A stretch of 64,000 nucleotides of DNA, taken from contig NC_082712.1 in assembly GCF_030144855.1 (NCBI RefSeq), positions 137,206,001 to 137,270,000 of the forward strand. The letters run 5' to 3'. The stretch comes from Hypanus sabinus (Eukaryota). Position 1 is the first letter of the stretch, and each line of letters opens with the position of its first letter. Positions 38,610-52,947 of the stretch are shown here, in pieces. Below the pieces are notes generated by a model. The model made no database searches. It had not been told where the DNA came from and saw only the letters and a program-made list of their open reading frames with translations. A program made the translations under genes and the position numbers.

Positions 38610-39305
38610 AGAAACACAGTGTGGCCTCCTCTATATCAATGAGAGCTGAAGTAGATTGGAGGACTGCTTCATCAGCACCTTCGTTCTGACTACCACAACA
38701 GGTTGGTTTTCTTGGTGGCCACCATTTCAGTTTTACTCCCCATTCCCATTTCAACATGTTGATTAATGGACTCCTCTATTACCTCAACGAGGCCACTCTA
38801 AGGTTGGAGGAGTAACACCTCATATTCCATCAGAGGAGCCTCCAACCTGACAGCATGAACATTGATATCCCTAACTTGCACTAATTCCTCCTCGTCTCCT
38901 TCTCTTTGTTTCCATTCCCCAATTTGACACCTCAGTTATCCCTTTTCTTCTCCTCACCACCCTCTGGTGCCCCTCCTCCTCCTTCTTCTTCCGTGATCCA
39001 TTATCTTTCTTTCCTTCTTTACCTTTTCCACATATCGTCTCCCTGATTCACACTTCATCCCCTCTCACTGATCCACTAAACATCCCCCCTCACCTGGCAT
39101 CTTGTATTTATCACCTGCTAGCTTCTATTCTTTCTCTTCCCCACTTATTCTAGCTTCTTTTCACTCTCTTTCCAGTCCTGATAAATCATTCTTGTTCTAA
39201 ACACCAGCGGTTTATTCTTCTGCATGATTGCTGTGTAACCTGCTGAGTTCCTTCAGCATTTTGTGTGTGTTACTCTGGATTTTCAGCATCTCCAGAAACT
39301 CTTGT
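38610..39305 (+). mobile_element. Penelope-like element 3' fragment
   Basis: Degenerate GIY-YIG C-terminus, pyrimidine-rich spacer and the typical terminal motif. Confidence 0.7.
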
Positions 39306-39309
39306 ATCT

Positions 39310-39740
39310 CTGATGGGAATGTTTGGACTCAGCAGTAGGAGATAGATAAATTAAGTAAATGAGTAAGAATGAGGGAAATGGTGTTTAATGTGGGCACTTG
39401 TGAAATCATGCACTTTGGCAAGAGGAATCAAAAGGAAGACTCTGATTTAAGTGAAGAGTTTACAACTGGGAGGAGTATAGAGGGATCCATGTGTCCCTGT
39501 GCACAAACAGCATGAAGTTAGCAGGCAGGTGCAACAAGAAGTGAGAAAGGCAAGCGGCATATCGGTCTTTATTACCAAGAAGTTTATTACAGAATACAAA
39601 GTATTGGTGAGGCTACACCTGGAAGACTGAAAAAAGACTTCCTAGCATTGGAGGTAGCCCAGAAGAGATGGACTATGTGAATATCTGCAATAAAAGGGTT
39701 TCTTATTACAAATGGTTAAAGCAGTTCAATCTTTAATCTT
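39310..39740 (+). mobile_element. CR1 RT C-terminal fragment
   Basis: FNVGTCEIMHFGKRN-like motif. Confidence 0.6.
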
Positions 39741-40268
39741 TGGAGTGCAAAAGAATATGATGTGCCTCAAAATTCGGAAACCACAAAATCAGAGAGCAAT
39801 ATGTCATCCTTGACCCCAGGGCACTGCTTATGAAGTAACAAAGTAAAAGTAATTATTGATTATTGTATCTGAATTTAAAATACAAAACGTTGTGTCCACA
39901 ATTAACAAATACATTCCAACATTTCAGGTAGGTTTACCTAATTTAATTAGAGTTTAATTATCAGACTACTAGTGTCTTTTGTTTAAATCACTAAGGTGGT
40001 ATCAGTAACCTGTTAATAGTTCATTCAAAACTACTGAAAATTGTGATGAAAATGTTAACCCATGAGAATCTTAATAAGACTAGTTGATAATATTACAGGA
40101 GAGAAAAAAAAGGTATTCTAATTCTGATTGAATTTTTAAAAATTATTATAATTTAAACTTTGAGTTAAGCTCCAGATAACAAATAGATTTTAATAAATTA
40201 TCAACAGATAATTAAGCATTTTATTTTTCATTCTCTAGTCGACCTTTATAAACTGAGAAAAGCATTAC

Positions 40269-40370
40269 CTTTAGATCTTTTCTTCCAGATACAAATTCCA
40301 AAACCCAGTACACAAAGTAGCATGACAATGCCAATGATAACTCCACCAGTCAGTTTAATAATATTTTGTC
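40269..40370 (-). CDS. NCR3LG1: B7-H6-like gene exon 4: transmembrane
   Basis: gttttaacAG|gacaa...tctaaag|GTAATG, 102 nt, phase 1-1; GQNIIKLTGGVIIGIVMLLCVLGFGICIWKKRSK (hydrophobic run, then basic stop-transfer). Not in the ORF track. Confidence 0.85.
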
Positions 40371-40639
40371 CTGTTAAAACAAGCACAAGTTTTTGAAAAC
40401 TTGAAAAATGAATAAACTATGTAATTTACAATATTCATGAGAATGTGTTACTAACTTATTCGACTTATCAGTTTGATTTATCCCCTGCATGAATTAGTGG
40501 TACAAATCATATGCATTATATTTATTTTCAAGATGTGAAATAGCTGAAGATTGACACTTTTATGAATGAATGTTACATGTGTATTTGGGGTGATGCTAAT
40601 TGTTTCGGTACTATGTTTTTATTGGCTGAAGCAGCTACC

Positions 40640-43600
40640 TCTTTCAATATTTTTATTAGTTTCTGCATAGAGGAATACAGAGTACAAGAAGCTATATAAT
40701 AAGTCAAAAGAAAAAATAAAATAATATCAAATATATTGTATTAAAATACAGTTATAATCACAAAATCCTGTATTGATAAAAATTAAATTAAATTAAATTG
40801 TAATATTGAAATATAATAATTCTGTTATACAGAAAAAAAATCTAAACCCACTACCAAAGTCAAAGCTGTTAAGAAAAGCAAGAAAAAAGAGGGAAAAAGA
40901 CCCTGACATATAATAAAATATATTATTAGCCACCATCTGTACTTTTACAACAAATCAAAGGTTTTGAAAATAACTCAAAAATGGTCCCCACAATGTATAA
41001 AAGTTTTGGCTAGGTTCAAAAACTGAACATCGGATCTTCTCTAAATTTAAGTATGACATAACATCCCGTAACCTTTGAGCATGAATAGGTGGAACAGCAT
41101 CCTTCCATTTAAGCAAGAGCATCCTCCTAGCTATAAGTAAAAGCCAAAATATGCAAATCAGGAGTCTCCAAAATAAAGTCTTTTCCTCCAACAATAACCA
41201 AATAATGCGGTCAAAGGGTTAGGCTTAAAATTTATCTTGAAAAGTACTGAGAAAGTTTGGAGTACTTCCCTCCAGTATCTTTCAAGGCTCGGGCATGTCC
41301 AACATATATGAATTAATGAAGCTTCACCATTATTACATCTATCACAGAAAGGAAATATATCCAAATTAAAATGAGATAGCTTATCTTTAGACATGTGACC
41401 CCTGTGAACCACTTTAAATTGTAAAAGGGAATGATGGGTCATAACAATGAAGTGTTAACCAATTTAAAAATTTCATTCCAAGTTTCCTCTCAATTGAGGT
41501 CTGTAAATCTTGTTCCCAAAGATTTTTAATTTTGTCTATAGGAACATTTCGCATTCTAAGCAACATACCATAAATATTGGATATTGAACCATTATAAAAA
41601 GGTTTCAAATTAAAAATAATATCTAATGTCTTTATTGGAACTTATAGGAAATGTATATCGTTGAGAATGCAGTAAGTCTCTAATTTGTAAATAATGAAAG
41701 AAATGAGTTTTGGGTAAACTATATTTAGCTGACATTTGCTCAAATGAAAGAAGACTTCCTCCAACAAACAAATCCTGGAAGTATTTAATACCCAATGTAT
41801 CCCATTCATTAAAAACTGAATCGTTCATTAAAGGTTTAAAAAAACAGTTAAAACAAATGGGACTAGACAAAGAAAATCTCAATAGACCAAAGAATTTCCT
41901 AAATTGTACCCAGATCCTCAAAGTATGGTTAACTACCAAATTTTTAGTTAGCTTACTAAAAGATAAAGGGAGTGAGCATCCGAGAAGAGAAATAATAGAA
42001 ATTTATTAACAGAATTAGCTTCTAAAGGAATCCATATCAGACCTTCCTCATGGTTAATATAATATGTCCAAAATGTAAGATTTTGTATATTGACTGCCCA
42101 ATAATAAAACCTAAAATTTAGTAAAGCTAAACCTCCATTCTTCTTAGATTTTGAAGATGAACTTTATTTAGTCGAGAATGTTGGTTTTTCCATACATATG
42201 AGAAGATATAAGAGAATCAAGAGAATCAAAAAAAGATTTAGGAACAAAAACAGGTAATGCCTGGAAAAGGTATGTAAATGTAGGAAAAATGTTCATTTTA
42301 ATAGAGTTGATTCGGCCAATCAAGGATAACAAAAAAGGCGACCAGTTTGATAGTGTCCTTTTTCAAAATTCAGTAACGTATGAAAATTTTCATTAAATAC
42401 GTGTTTATAATTCTTGGTAGTTGTTACACCCAAATAGGTAAATTGATTTTTTACAATTTTAAAAGGAAGGTTAATATTAATTGATGACAAATTATTCAGA
42501 GGAAAAAGTTCACTGTTATGCAAATTCACTTCGTATCCTGAAAGCTAGCTAAAACGGGAAAGTAGAGAAAGCACAAGAGGTAATGAAGTCTCGACATCAG
42601 AAGTAAAAAGCAATAGATCATCAGCATAAAGCAAAACTTTACAAATAGTCCCTCTCTTAGAATGCAAGTAATATCATCAGATCCTCGAAAAGCAATGGCT
42701 AAGGGTTCTAAAGCCAAATCAAAGAGCAAAGGGCTCAGGAAAGAACCTTGTCTAGTTCCACGTTGAAGTTTAAAAGGTTTGGAATACTGAAAATTAGTAA
42801 GGACCCTGGCAGAAGGAGATAGATATAGTAATTTAATCCATTGAATAAAATCAGGCCCAAAATTTAATTTTTCTAAAGTTTTAAATAAATAATTCCATTC
42901 TACCCAATCAAAAGTCTTCTCAGTGTCGAAAGAAATCACATATTCTGATATCTCCTTAGAAGGGGAATAAATAACATTTAATAAATGACAAATATTAAAG
43001 TGGGAATATCGATTTTTGATAAATCCCATCTGATCATCAGAAATGACAGATGGTAAAATATTTTCAATTCAATGGGCCAGAACTTTAGATAAGATTTTTA
43101 TTCTTTTTAAGAATTAGCAAAATAAAAGCTTCATAAAAAGATTGTGGCAATCTATCCAACTAAAAGAAGTCCAAAAAATCTGTACATAAATGAGGTATAA
43201 ACAGTGAGGAAAAAGCCTTATAAAGTTCTGCAGAAAATCCATCAAGACCTGGAGCCTTCCCTGAGTGCAAGGAACGTACAACCTCGGCAACTTCCTCATA
43301 CAAAATAGGTTGATCCAATGGTTTTCAGTTATCAACAGAAAGTGTAGGAATGTTTAATTGATCTAAAAATTTATTCATTACAGTGTTATCTTTGGGAGGG
43401 TCAGAACTATAAAGTTTAAAATAAAATTCTTTAAAAATATCGTTTTATTCTAAATGGTCAGTTGTCCTATCACCATTAGCTTTACAAATTTCTTTAATTT
43501 GCTATTTAGCTATAAAGGTTTTTAACTGGTTAGCCAATAATTTACTTGTTTTGTCTCTGTAGATATAAAATTGACTTTTATCTTTTAAAAGTTGAGATTC

Positions 43601-44690
43601 AATTGGATATGTTAAAAGATCATATTTAGTTTGAATTTCAACACGCCTTTTATATAAAGCAGGATCTGGAGCCAAGGCATATTTTTGATTTAATTGTTTT
43701 AACTGATTAACTAACTCAATTCTCTCTTTATTAGATTTTTACTTGACACTTGCAGTATAGGAAATAATTTGACCTCTAATTAAAGCCTTAAAGGCATCCC
43801 ATCTAATAAGACTAGAAATCTCTTGCAAAGTATTCTCTTCAAAAAAAAAAGAACAATTTGTCTCTCCAGAAATTTTAAGAAATCTCTTCCAGATAACAAA
43901 GTTAAATTAAAACACCAAAATCTGTTTATTAGAAGAAGACCAGGGAGATTTACGGATAAAAGCACCGAAGCATGATCTGAAACAACAATTTATTTGTATT
44001 CACAGGATCAAACTAAAGGAATCATTTGACTATCAATAAAAAAGTAATCAATCCAGGAATACGTATGAAAAAATTAAAACTCCCTATCTGCTGGATGTAC
44101 GAAACACCATAAATCAACAATACCAGCATTTCATTAAAAAGATTGAATAAACAAAGCTGATTTATTAAGTGTCACTGTTTTAAATGATGACCAATATAAA
44201 ACTGGATCTAACCAACAATTAAAATTCCCTCCCATCACCAATGAGTAAAGGCTCAAATCTGGCAGAAACGAAAAAAAAATGCTCAAAAAATCCTGGACCA
44301 TCTGTATTCGGAGCATACATATTGGCAAATACCATTAATTTATTATCTAATTTTCCTGACACCGTGACAAAATGCCCATTAGTATCAGACACTACTTTAT
44401 GCTGGATGAAGGGGTCTGTATTATCCATAAAAATTGAAACTCCTCTAGTCTTAGACTGGAAAGAGGAGTAAAAATGCAGTCCTTTCCATCTACTGAGAAG
44501 ACATAAGTTGTCACAATTATGTACATGTGTTTTTTGTAAAAAAAAAATCAGGGCCTTAAGTTTTGGGGCCTTAAGTTTTTTAATATAAGCAAAAATCTTA
44601 TTCTGCTTCACAATGTGATTTTAATCCTTTCACATTAAGACTGAGTAAGTTAATAGTATGACTCATTATTAATACTAATTAATAGAGAAA
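40640..44690 (-). mobile_element. L1/Tx1-like LINE, near-complete degenerate ORF2
   Basis: APE endonuclease (FLQKTH, GGNFNC, IDYF), RT (SFDTEKTFDWVEW, RGTRQG, LF.LALEPLA) and C-terminal region; aataaaaatattgaaa-type 3' end. Confidence 0.9.
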
Positions 44691-44832
44691 ATAAAGTATT
44701 AACATTAAAGTAATAATGTTTATAACATTAAAACTAAACAATAAGCCTTGAAATAGTGTAACCAAGCAACAGATTTGGCTAACATCAATATATTAGAAAT
44801 AAATTCTGTATACTTTTCCAATTGGATCTTAC

Positions 44833-45114
44833 CTTCAGCCATTGTAAAATTTCCATGGAGCATCTTGTGCTTCACTGTACAGATGTACTTGGCAGAACTA
44901 CCCACCATCGGTTCTACTTGTACTTTAGTGGTAAGACTAAATGTCCCATTTGGGTCCATAACAATATCTTCAATAGACTGTTCTTTTGAAATAGCTTCCA
45001 CTTTTTCATCTTGTATTTTTAACCATCTGACTGTAATTTCCTCTGGATAAAATTCCTTCACTTCACATATTACCAAGTTCTCCTTTTGCATAAATACATT
45101 GACTTTTGGTTTGA
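44833..45114 (-). CDS. NCR3LG1: B7-H6-like gene exon 3: IgC1 domain
   Basis: ttctgttctctcttccacAG acceptor, gaag|GTAAGA donor, 282 nt; C-x-V-x-x-FYP, W, YICTVKH. Confidence 0.92.
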
Positions 45115-45149
45115 CTGTGGAAGAGAGAACAGAATAAGTTCATGATTAA

Positions 45150-45843
45150 TGTATATTACCAAATACGCTAGTTAGTGCTGCCTTTATGGCAGTTATTTAG
45201 TTTATAATATTTTCGCTTAGTAATTCATTTGTTAGCATTCTAGTTAAAGTTAGGATTGTTTAAAGTTGTCTGTGAGATATCGCGGCATGCAATGACATCA
45301 CATCTGGTTTCGCCGCATCCTGTGGGAAAATACCGGTTTGGAGAAAACGGGAAGGTGGGGGTTGAGACGTGTGAGCAAGCAGCAGCAACGTTTTCTCTCT
45401 ATGCACCAGGAACATTGTGAAAGCAATGCTGTGAGTTATGAGATAATCGATATGTTGAATTAAAGTGTTAACGCCGATCCTGTTAAAAGTAACGATGGTC
45501 GATAATGTTTATGTTTTCGTTAGTTAAAGAGTTGTGGATAGTTTGCGTTGAAGTGTATTTAAAGCAGTCAATGGCGTAGGTATATTCTGACTGTATGCTG
45601 CACTTTAATGTAATGTAGTTGTTGTAGTTTTACTTTTGCAAGTATTAACAATGTAATTGTAATATCAAGAAGGAAACAAATGCTGTACAAATCTTGTATT
45701 GTTTTATCAACAGTATTCACCATACGTCAATGTGGAAGAGTGAACAGTAAATGGTTAATCTTACTGTGATCCTGTCGTTATTGACAAAGGTTTAACTCTG
45801 TGTTTAGCTCGGCGTTCCGTTACACCCGAGCGAGAACACTACA
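45150..45843. mobile_element. Possible solo LTR
   Basis: TGTA...TACA ends and CpG-rich interior, but no matching TSD found. Confidence 0.4.
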
Positions 45844-46169
45844 CTCTAGTTAAAGCTTACTGATATCAGCAGTCAGGGACCAGAAAACTACATTCTATGC
45901 ATTCAAGCTTCAAGCTGTTGTTCTTTTTATTTACATATTTCTTACTTTTTTTTACTTTATCAGTTAAAAATGCAGTGGAGTGTCTACATCTTGATGCAGA
46001 ATGTAGGAGGTAGGAATTCAAGTGAAAAGGAATCCCAGAGAATTGGTGCATAATCTTAAGCACTCTGCCAACCTTAAGGACATCAAGATCAGTGAGAATA
46101 GTGATCTTTCAGTCCACAGTGGGGATGGGGAGTCATTTGGTATAATCTCAGCCAAAACACTGGACATTT

Positions 46170-46460
46170 GGGGCATCACGGTAGCATAGTGGTTAGTACA
46201 ACACTTTACAGTACACACAACATGAGTTCAATTCCCACCACTGACCATAAGATGTTTGTAAGTTCTCCATGTGACCTGGTGGGTTTCCCCCAGGTGCTCT
46301 GGTTTTCTCCCACAGTTCAAAGATGTACTGGTTAGTAGGTTAATTGGTTACTCTCAATTGTCCCATGATTCAGCTAGGGTTACATCCGGGGATGCTGGGC
46401 AGTGTGGCTCAAAGGGCTGGTAGCACTTATTCCACGCTCTATCTCACATAAGTAAAAGTA
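46170..46460 (+). mobile_element. tRNA-derived V-SINE-like element
   Basis: tRNA-like head with box A (tagcatagtgg) and box B (gagttcaattcc), then the V-SINE-type core gtgggtttcccccaggtgctctggtt. Confidence 0.75.
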
Positions 46461-46539
46461 TCCCAACTGCTTAATATTGAAGTTAGGAGGTTAGGACTGT
46501 AAGTGGTAAGAGTGGCATTCATGGCCATGGTGATGTTAA

Positions 46540-47737
46540 TAATAGCACTCACATCTACGACAATGAAATGTTTGGAGAAGTTGGTTATGGCCAGAATCAA
46601 TACCTGTCTCAAAAAGGACCTGGACCCATTGCAATTTGCCTACCACCACGATAAGCCTGCAGCTGATGCGACCTCAGTGGCTCTCTATGCAGCCTTGGAC
46701 CACCTGGACAATGCAAGTACCTGTGTCAGGATGCTGTTTATTGACTGTAGCTCAACAATTAATACCACCATTGCTACAGTCCTGATCAGAAAGCTACAGA
46801 ACCTGGTCCCCTGTGCCTCCCCCTGCAACTGGATCCTCAGCTTCCTAACTGGAAGACCACAATCTGTGCAGACTGGAAATAACATACCTACCTTGTTGAC
46901 AATCAACACAGGCATACCACAGGGGTGTGTTACACCCATGACTGTGTGGCTAGGCACAGCTCAAATGCCAGCTATGATTTTGCTGATGGTACAACCATTG
47001 TTGGCAGAATTCCAGATGGTGACGAAGGGGCGTGGGGGTGAGATATACCAGCTAGTTGAGTGGTCTCACAGCAACAAACTTGCATTCAACGTTAGCACGA
47101 CCAAAGAGCTGATTGTGGACTTCAGAAAGGGGAAGACAAGGGAACACAGACCAATCCTCATAGAGGGATCAGAAGTGGAGAGAGTAAGCAGTTTCAAGTT
47201 CCTGGGTGTCAATATCTTTGAGGACCTAACATAGATGCAAAATATTGCTGTAGCTATAAAGAAGGAAAGACAGTGGCTACATTTCATTAGGAGTTTGAGG
47301 AGATTTGGTTTGTCAACTAAAAAATGTTCAAACTTCTGCAACTGTACAGTGGAGAGCATTCTGACTGTCTGGTATGGGGGAGGGGGCTACTGCACAAGAT
47401 CTAAGTAAGTTGCAGAAACTTGTAAACTTAGTCACCTCCATCATGGGTACCAGCCTCCGTATATCCAAGATATCTTCAAAGAGAGATGCCATAGGAACAC
47501 AGCGTCCATCATTAAGGACCCTCATCACCCAGCGCATGCCCTCTTTTCATTGTTACCATCAGGAAGGAGATACTGAAGCCTGAAGGCACACACTCAGTGA
47601 TTCAGGAACAGCTTCTTCCCCTCTTCATCCAATTTCTAAATGGACAATGAACCCATGAAAACTACCTCTCTATTTCTTTTTATTTCTGGGTTTTTTTTGC
47701 ACTATTTATTTTTAACTTAACTATTTTATAAATAAAT

Positions 47738-47782
<45 letters not shown>

Positions 47783-47880
47783 ATTTCATGTTTTTCTCTA
47801 TTTATCACGTATTTCATAGTAATGCTGCTGTAAAGTTAATGAATTTCACGACATATGCCGATATTAAACTTGATTCTGAA
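46540..47880 (+). mobile_element. Rex1/Babar-like LINE (RT to 3' end)
   Basis: IALTSTTMKC, LDPLQFAY, VRMLFID, GIPQGCV, FKFLGV motifs. Confidence 0.9.
47741..47780. repeat. (CA)20 microsatellite
   Basis: Direct reading. Confidence 0.95.
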
Positions 47881-48309
47881 TATTGATATTAGTAATTACG
47901 ATAGCAACAATGTCAAATCCCAGTTTCTCTACATCAGTGACATTACATCCTGTTTATATTACCTCAGAATAACTGATGTGATCAATCTCACTCATACCAA
48001 ATGGAGTTTCTGAATATGTAATAGTCAAGTGTTGTTACCACTTTCACAATTACATGTAAGAAACAACCCAAGTGGCAAAGTCTGCTGTTGTATTCCAACA
48101 GTGGAGTTAACTTTTTCATGAGATTAGAGGTAAAAATAGTCTCTGCTGAAGCTTCACCACAAAAAAAAACTCCAGATAAATCCCTGTATTGTGTCAGCCA
48201 TTGAAATCTATGGATTCAAAATTGTTAACATGCATAATGCCACAATCTCTTGATTGCCACTCACTCATTGCAGTTGGGATCACCACTCATGTTCAAGTTA
48301 ATTATCATT

Positions 48310-49310
48310 CAACCATACATGAATACCCATGAAAACAGCAAAATGAAACAGCGTTCCTCTGGGATCAAGGCACAAAACACAATACCCGCAGTCATACACA
48401 GCACAAGGCACATATTGCACATATAGATAGCAGCAAACATACAGTCACATAAGAATATATATAGAGAGAGCTCACTTCCCTGAGTGACACTTCCTATAAA
48501 TACTGTTGCTGATACGGACAGGCAGTTCTCAGCAGTCCGAAGATGGGACGACCCAATCCCCAAATACAATAATGCGATCCTCATAGAGAAAGTCATTAAT
48601 TAAAAAGAATGACCATATATTTATGTAGACACTCTGAAGCACTGCAATTCCCCAAGGAATTCTGAATTGAAATCATTCATTATGGGAAAGCTTTCTGATG
48701 TTTTATTGCAAATGCTGGAATTTACACTCTGAAGTATGCAGAAAAGAGAGGGCCTGACATTATTGAATGGAATTGAATTGAGCTGACTTTATTTCTTACA
48801 TCCTTCACATACATGAGGAGTGAAAATATTTACATTACATCTCCATCTAAATGTGCAATGTGCAATCACAGTAGTTTATAAGAATTTATAATAAATAGAA
48901 CAGTCAATGTGACATAATGTGTTAATCAGTGTGAGTTAATCAGTCTGATGGCCTGGTGGAAGAAGATATCTTGGAGCCTGTTGGTCCAGGCTTTTATGCT
49001 CCAGTACCATTTCCCGGATATTAGCAGCTGGATTAGATTGTGGTTCGGGTGACTCAGATCCCCAATGATCCTTCAGGCCCTTTTTTCACACCTGTCTTTG
49101 TAAACGTCCTGAATCATGGCAAGTTCACAACTACAGATGTGCTGAGCTGTCCACGCCATTCTCTACAGAATCCTGCAATTAAGAGAGGTACGGTTCCCAA
49201 ACCAGGCAGTGATGCAGCCAGTCAGGATGCTCTCAAAAGTTCCCTTGTAGAAATTTCTTGGGATCTGGGGGCCCATACCAAACTTCCTCAATCATTGTGC
49301 ATCAGTATGC
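48310..49310 (-). mobile_element. Two LINE 3'-end fragments (48310-48600, 48770-49310), Rex1-like
   Basis: Reverse complements of Rex1-like C-terminal and 3' UTR sequence. Confidence 0.5.
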
Positions 49311-50017
49311 AAAAGTGATTCAATTCTAACGTTACAAAATTGGAATTCCACTTATTAGCCAAAGCTCACATTTGAACAGATCCAACTGGCCCATGACCTC
49401 CAATACCTTCATTTTGTGTCAGTCCAGAAAGCTATCTTTATTTGAGTTGCCACAGTAGGTAAAAGGCTGGCTCCAAGGCCAGATAGCTCTGACACACAAT
49501 CCAAGCACATGCAAACACCATAAAAATATAACATATATGCTTCATAAAAATATAACATATATGCTTCACATGAAGCATGATGGAGTGGGACAGTGGCCTA
49601 CTGGACTAACACCTCCATCACTTGAACTGTTGTACAAGATATGATTGGGTATCAAAATTAGTAATGGTCTACTGCACACTACACAAGATTGTTACTTTTT
49701 AGAGCCAAACTTTATCAAATGCAACATAACAATCAGTTGAAGGACAAGAAGAAGAAGATCAAGGCAAGGATAAGGAAGAGGAGAAAGAAGAAAACAGCAA
49801 CACAGACAGGAATCCCTTTCCTTGGGATGCCTGTCCAGAATTAATCTGACTGATATCAGTAATTACAACTCTAATTCTCTATTCACAGACACATCTGGGA
49901 GCAGACATCACGGTATCTGGTTGTTTACATTGCAAAGTCATCAGCAAATAAAAATGACTAATAATGTTATTAACGAGTCTGTGGCTATCACAGCAAAGTA
50001 AGAGATCTTTGTTTTAC

Positions 50018-50356
50018 CTGAAACAAGCATTGTTGAAGTCTTTTCACCTTTATTTGGGGTGATATAAACAGTGCAGGTATAATTTCCTTCTTCATTAAGT
50101 TGTACTTTAGGGAGGTAAAGGGAAGCATTTCCATTCTGTAATGCATCTTCAAAAATCTGTGCACCTCTTCTCTTGGGGTAATGTTCCCCTCCATCAAATA
50201 TATACAGGTCCTTCCGAGATGTTTGAGATTTGTAAGACCATTGAACAGCTACATAGCTGAGATCATATACTGGTTTACTGTATATGCATTTTAGAAGAAC
50301 ATCTTCATTTTCTGAAACTTCCAGTGGAGAGGAAAATATCTCCACTTCCAAAGCAC
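50018..50356 (-). CDS. NCR3LG1: B7-H6-like gene exon 2: IgV domain
   Basis: atcttattttacAG acceptor, tcag|GTAAAA donor, 339 nt. FDG...RRGA...LQNGNASLYLPKVQLNEEGNYTCTVYITP.K matches the B7-H6 V-domain pattern (RPGA, GDASLRLP.IQL.E.G.Y.C.V.VTP.K). Orthology versus other B7-family members needs phylogeny. Confidence 0.85.
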
Positions 50357-50769
50357 CTGTAAAATAAGATAGAGTAGTAAGTTATTGATCAGCTTTAATA
50401 TCACAAATGGATGTAAGAATACATGATGAATGCTTAAACCATTTGTTGTTCAAACATGGTAGATTTGACTGGATGGTGAAATTTCAAAGGTTTGGGACAA
50501 GCTAGCTAACAGGTCACAAAATTGCTTTGGTGGAAGTTGTCAGAGGTTGGCGGTGGAGAATAACAAACAATATGCAGGAAGAACTCAGAGGAACGAGTAG
50601 TATCTGTGGTAGAAAAGGAATTGTCAACATCTTGGGTCTAAGCTCTACATCAGGAAGGATGTAAGTGGATGGCTATGTTTCAGAATGGAGGCCTGTGACC
50701 AATGTGAAAGCAATTCAATCACCCTCTGATTTTCTTTCTGCTGTCTTCTGCTGTCCTGCGTCAGCAGAT

Positions 50770-52640
50770 ATCGAAAGGGGACTATGGCTGAGTAGTAGGA
50801 GGAATCACAATAAAAATATGCTGTTTTCCTTATGTTGATGTAGGTGTTATGGACATGTCGGAATGGGAATTGAAGTGGAATTAAAGTGGGTGGCCACTGA
50901 GAGATCCTGCTTTTTCTGGCGGATGGAGCGTAAGTGCTCGGCGAAGCGGACTCCCAATGTACATCGGATCTCACCGATATACAGGAGGCCACACCAGTAG
51001 CACCAGACGCAGTATATGACCCCAACAGACTCACAGGTAAAGTGTCGCCTCATCTGGAAGGACTGTTTGGGGCCTTGAATGGTAGCGAGGGATGAAGTGT
51101 AGTGATAGGTGTAGCATTTGTTCCGCTTGCAAGGATATGTGCCAGGAGGGAGATCAGTGGGAAGGGACTTTTCCTACACTACATCGATGACTGCATTGGT
51201 GCTGTTTCCTGCACCCATGCTGAACTCGTCGATTTCATCCACTTTGCCTCCGATTTCCACCCTGCCCTGAAATTTACCTGGTCCACTTCTGACATCCCGC
51301 TCCTCTTTCTTGATCTTTCTGTCTCTATCTCTGAAAAGAGCTCATCTACTGATGTCTGTTACAAACCCACAGACTCTCACAGCTACCTGGACTACACCTC
51401 CTCCCATCCTGTTACTTGTAAGAACACCATCCCCTTCTCTCAATTCCTCTGTCTCTGCCACATCTGCTCTCAGGATGAGGCTTTTCATTCCAGAATGTAG
51501 GAGATGTCTTCCTTCTTCAAAGAAAGGGGCCTCCCTTTATCGAACATCAATGCTACCCTCATCCACATCTCTTCCATTTCATGCACCTCTGCTGTCACCC
51601 CGTCCTCCTGCCACCCTACCAGAGAAAGGGTTCCTTTTGTCCTCACCTACCACCAAACCAGCCTCTGCATCCAGAACATAATACCCCATAACTTCCACCA
51701 TCTTCAATGGGATTCCACCACCAAGAACATCTTTCCTCCCTCCACTTTCTGCTTTCCGAAAGGATAGTTTTCCACACAACTCCTTTGTCCATTCTTCCCT
51801 CCCCACTGATCTTCCTCCTGGAACTTATCCTTGCAAGCAGAGAAAGTGCTACACCTGCCCCTACAACTCTTCCCTCACTACCACTCAGGACCTCAATCAG
51901 TCCTTCCAGGTGAGGTGACACTTCATCTGTGAGTCTGTTGGTGTCATATACTGTGTCTGGTGCTCCCAGTGTGGCCGCCTGTACATTGGTGAAACTCAAC
52001 GTAGATTGGGAGAGTTTCACCGAGCACCTGCATGCACTATCCGCCAGAAGAAGCAGGATCTCCCAGCAGCCAACCATTTTAATACCACTACCCACTGCCA
52101 TTCCGATATGTCCATCCATGGCCTCCTCCATTGTCATGATGTCGCCACATTTAGGCTGGAGGAACAACACCCTATATTCTGTCTGGGTAGCCTCTAACCC
52201 AATGGCAGGAACTTCGATTTCTTGAACTTCCAGTAATGCCTCCCTCCTGCACCTTTCCCCAACCCATTTTCCCTCTCTCACCTTATCTCCTTTCCAGCCC
52301 ATTGCCTCCCTCTGGTGATCCTCCTTCCTCTTCTTTCTTCAATGGTCTTCTGTTCTGTTCTATCAGACTCCCTCTTCTTCAGCCCTTACCTCTTTCACCA
52401 ATCAACTTCCCAGCTCTTTGCTTCATCTCTCCCCTTCAGGTTTCACCTATCACCTTGTGTGTCTCTCTCCCCTCCCCAGCGTTTTAAATCCACTCCTCAG
52501 CTTTTCATCTCCAGTCCTATGGAAGGGTTTTGGCCCGAAACGTTGACTGTACTTTTTTCCATCGATGCTGCCTGGCCTGCCGTGTTCCTCCAGCATTCTG
52601 TGTGTGTTGCTTGGATTTCCAGAATCTGCAGATTTCCTCT
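50770..52640 (+). mobile_element. Penelope-like element (RT + GIY-YIG) with inverted 5' pseudo-LTR
   Basis: YIDD RT and YYKPT/LDYTSSHP-type motifs at 51150-51500. GIY-YIG (CESVGVIYCVWC...LYIGE) is on plus ~51920-52200 and again inverted on minus 50770-51100. Confidence 0.9.
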
Positions 52641-52947
52641 TGTTTGCAATTGGGTTCCTTCAGGGTATTATTACTCAATGGATAGGTCGGTTGGACTGAC
52701 CGTTCAGAACAGTGGAGTCAAAGGGCCAAAGGGATATACATCAGAGGAAAAAAGCCCTTTGCACGTGATGACCAAGATGTCCTCTTGTGTTAGTCCCATT
52801 TGTCTGCATTTGGTCCACATTCCTCTAACCCTTTCCTATCCATGAGCCTGTCCAAACGTCTTTTTAACATTGTAATTGTAGCCTGGAGCAGCTTGACTCA
52901 TATACCCACAACCCTTTGTGTGAAAAACTTGCAACTCAGTTCTCTAT

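Noticed and set aside
49519-49566. 24-bp perfect direct repeat
   Set aside because: Ordinary slippage duplication in an intron.
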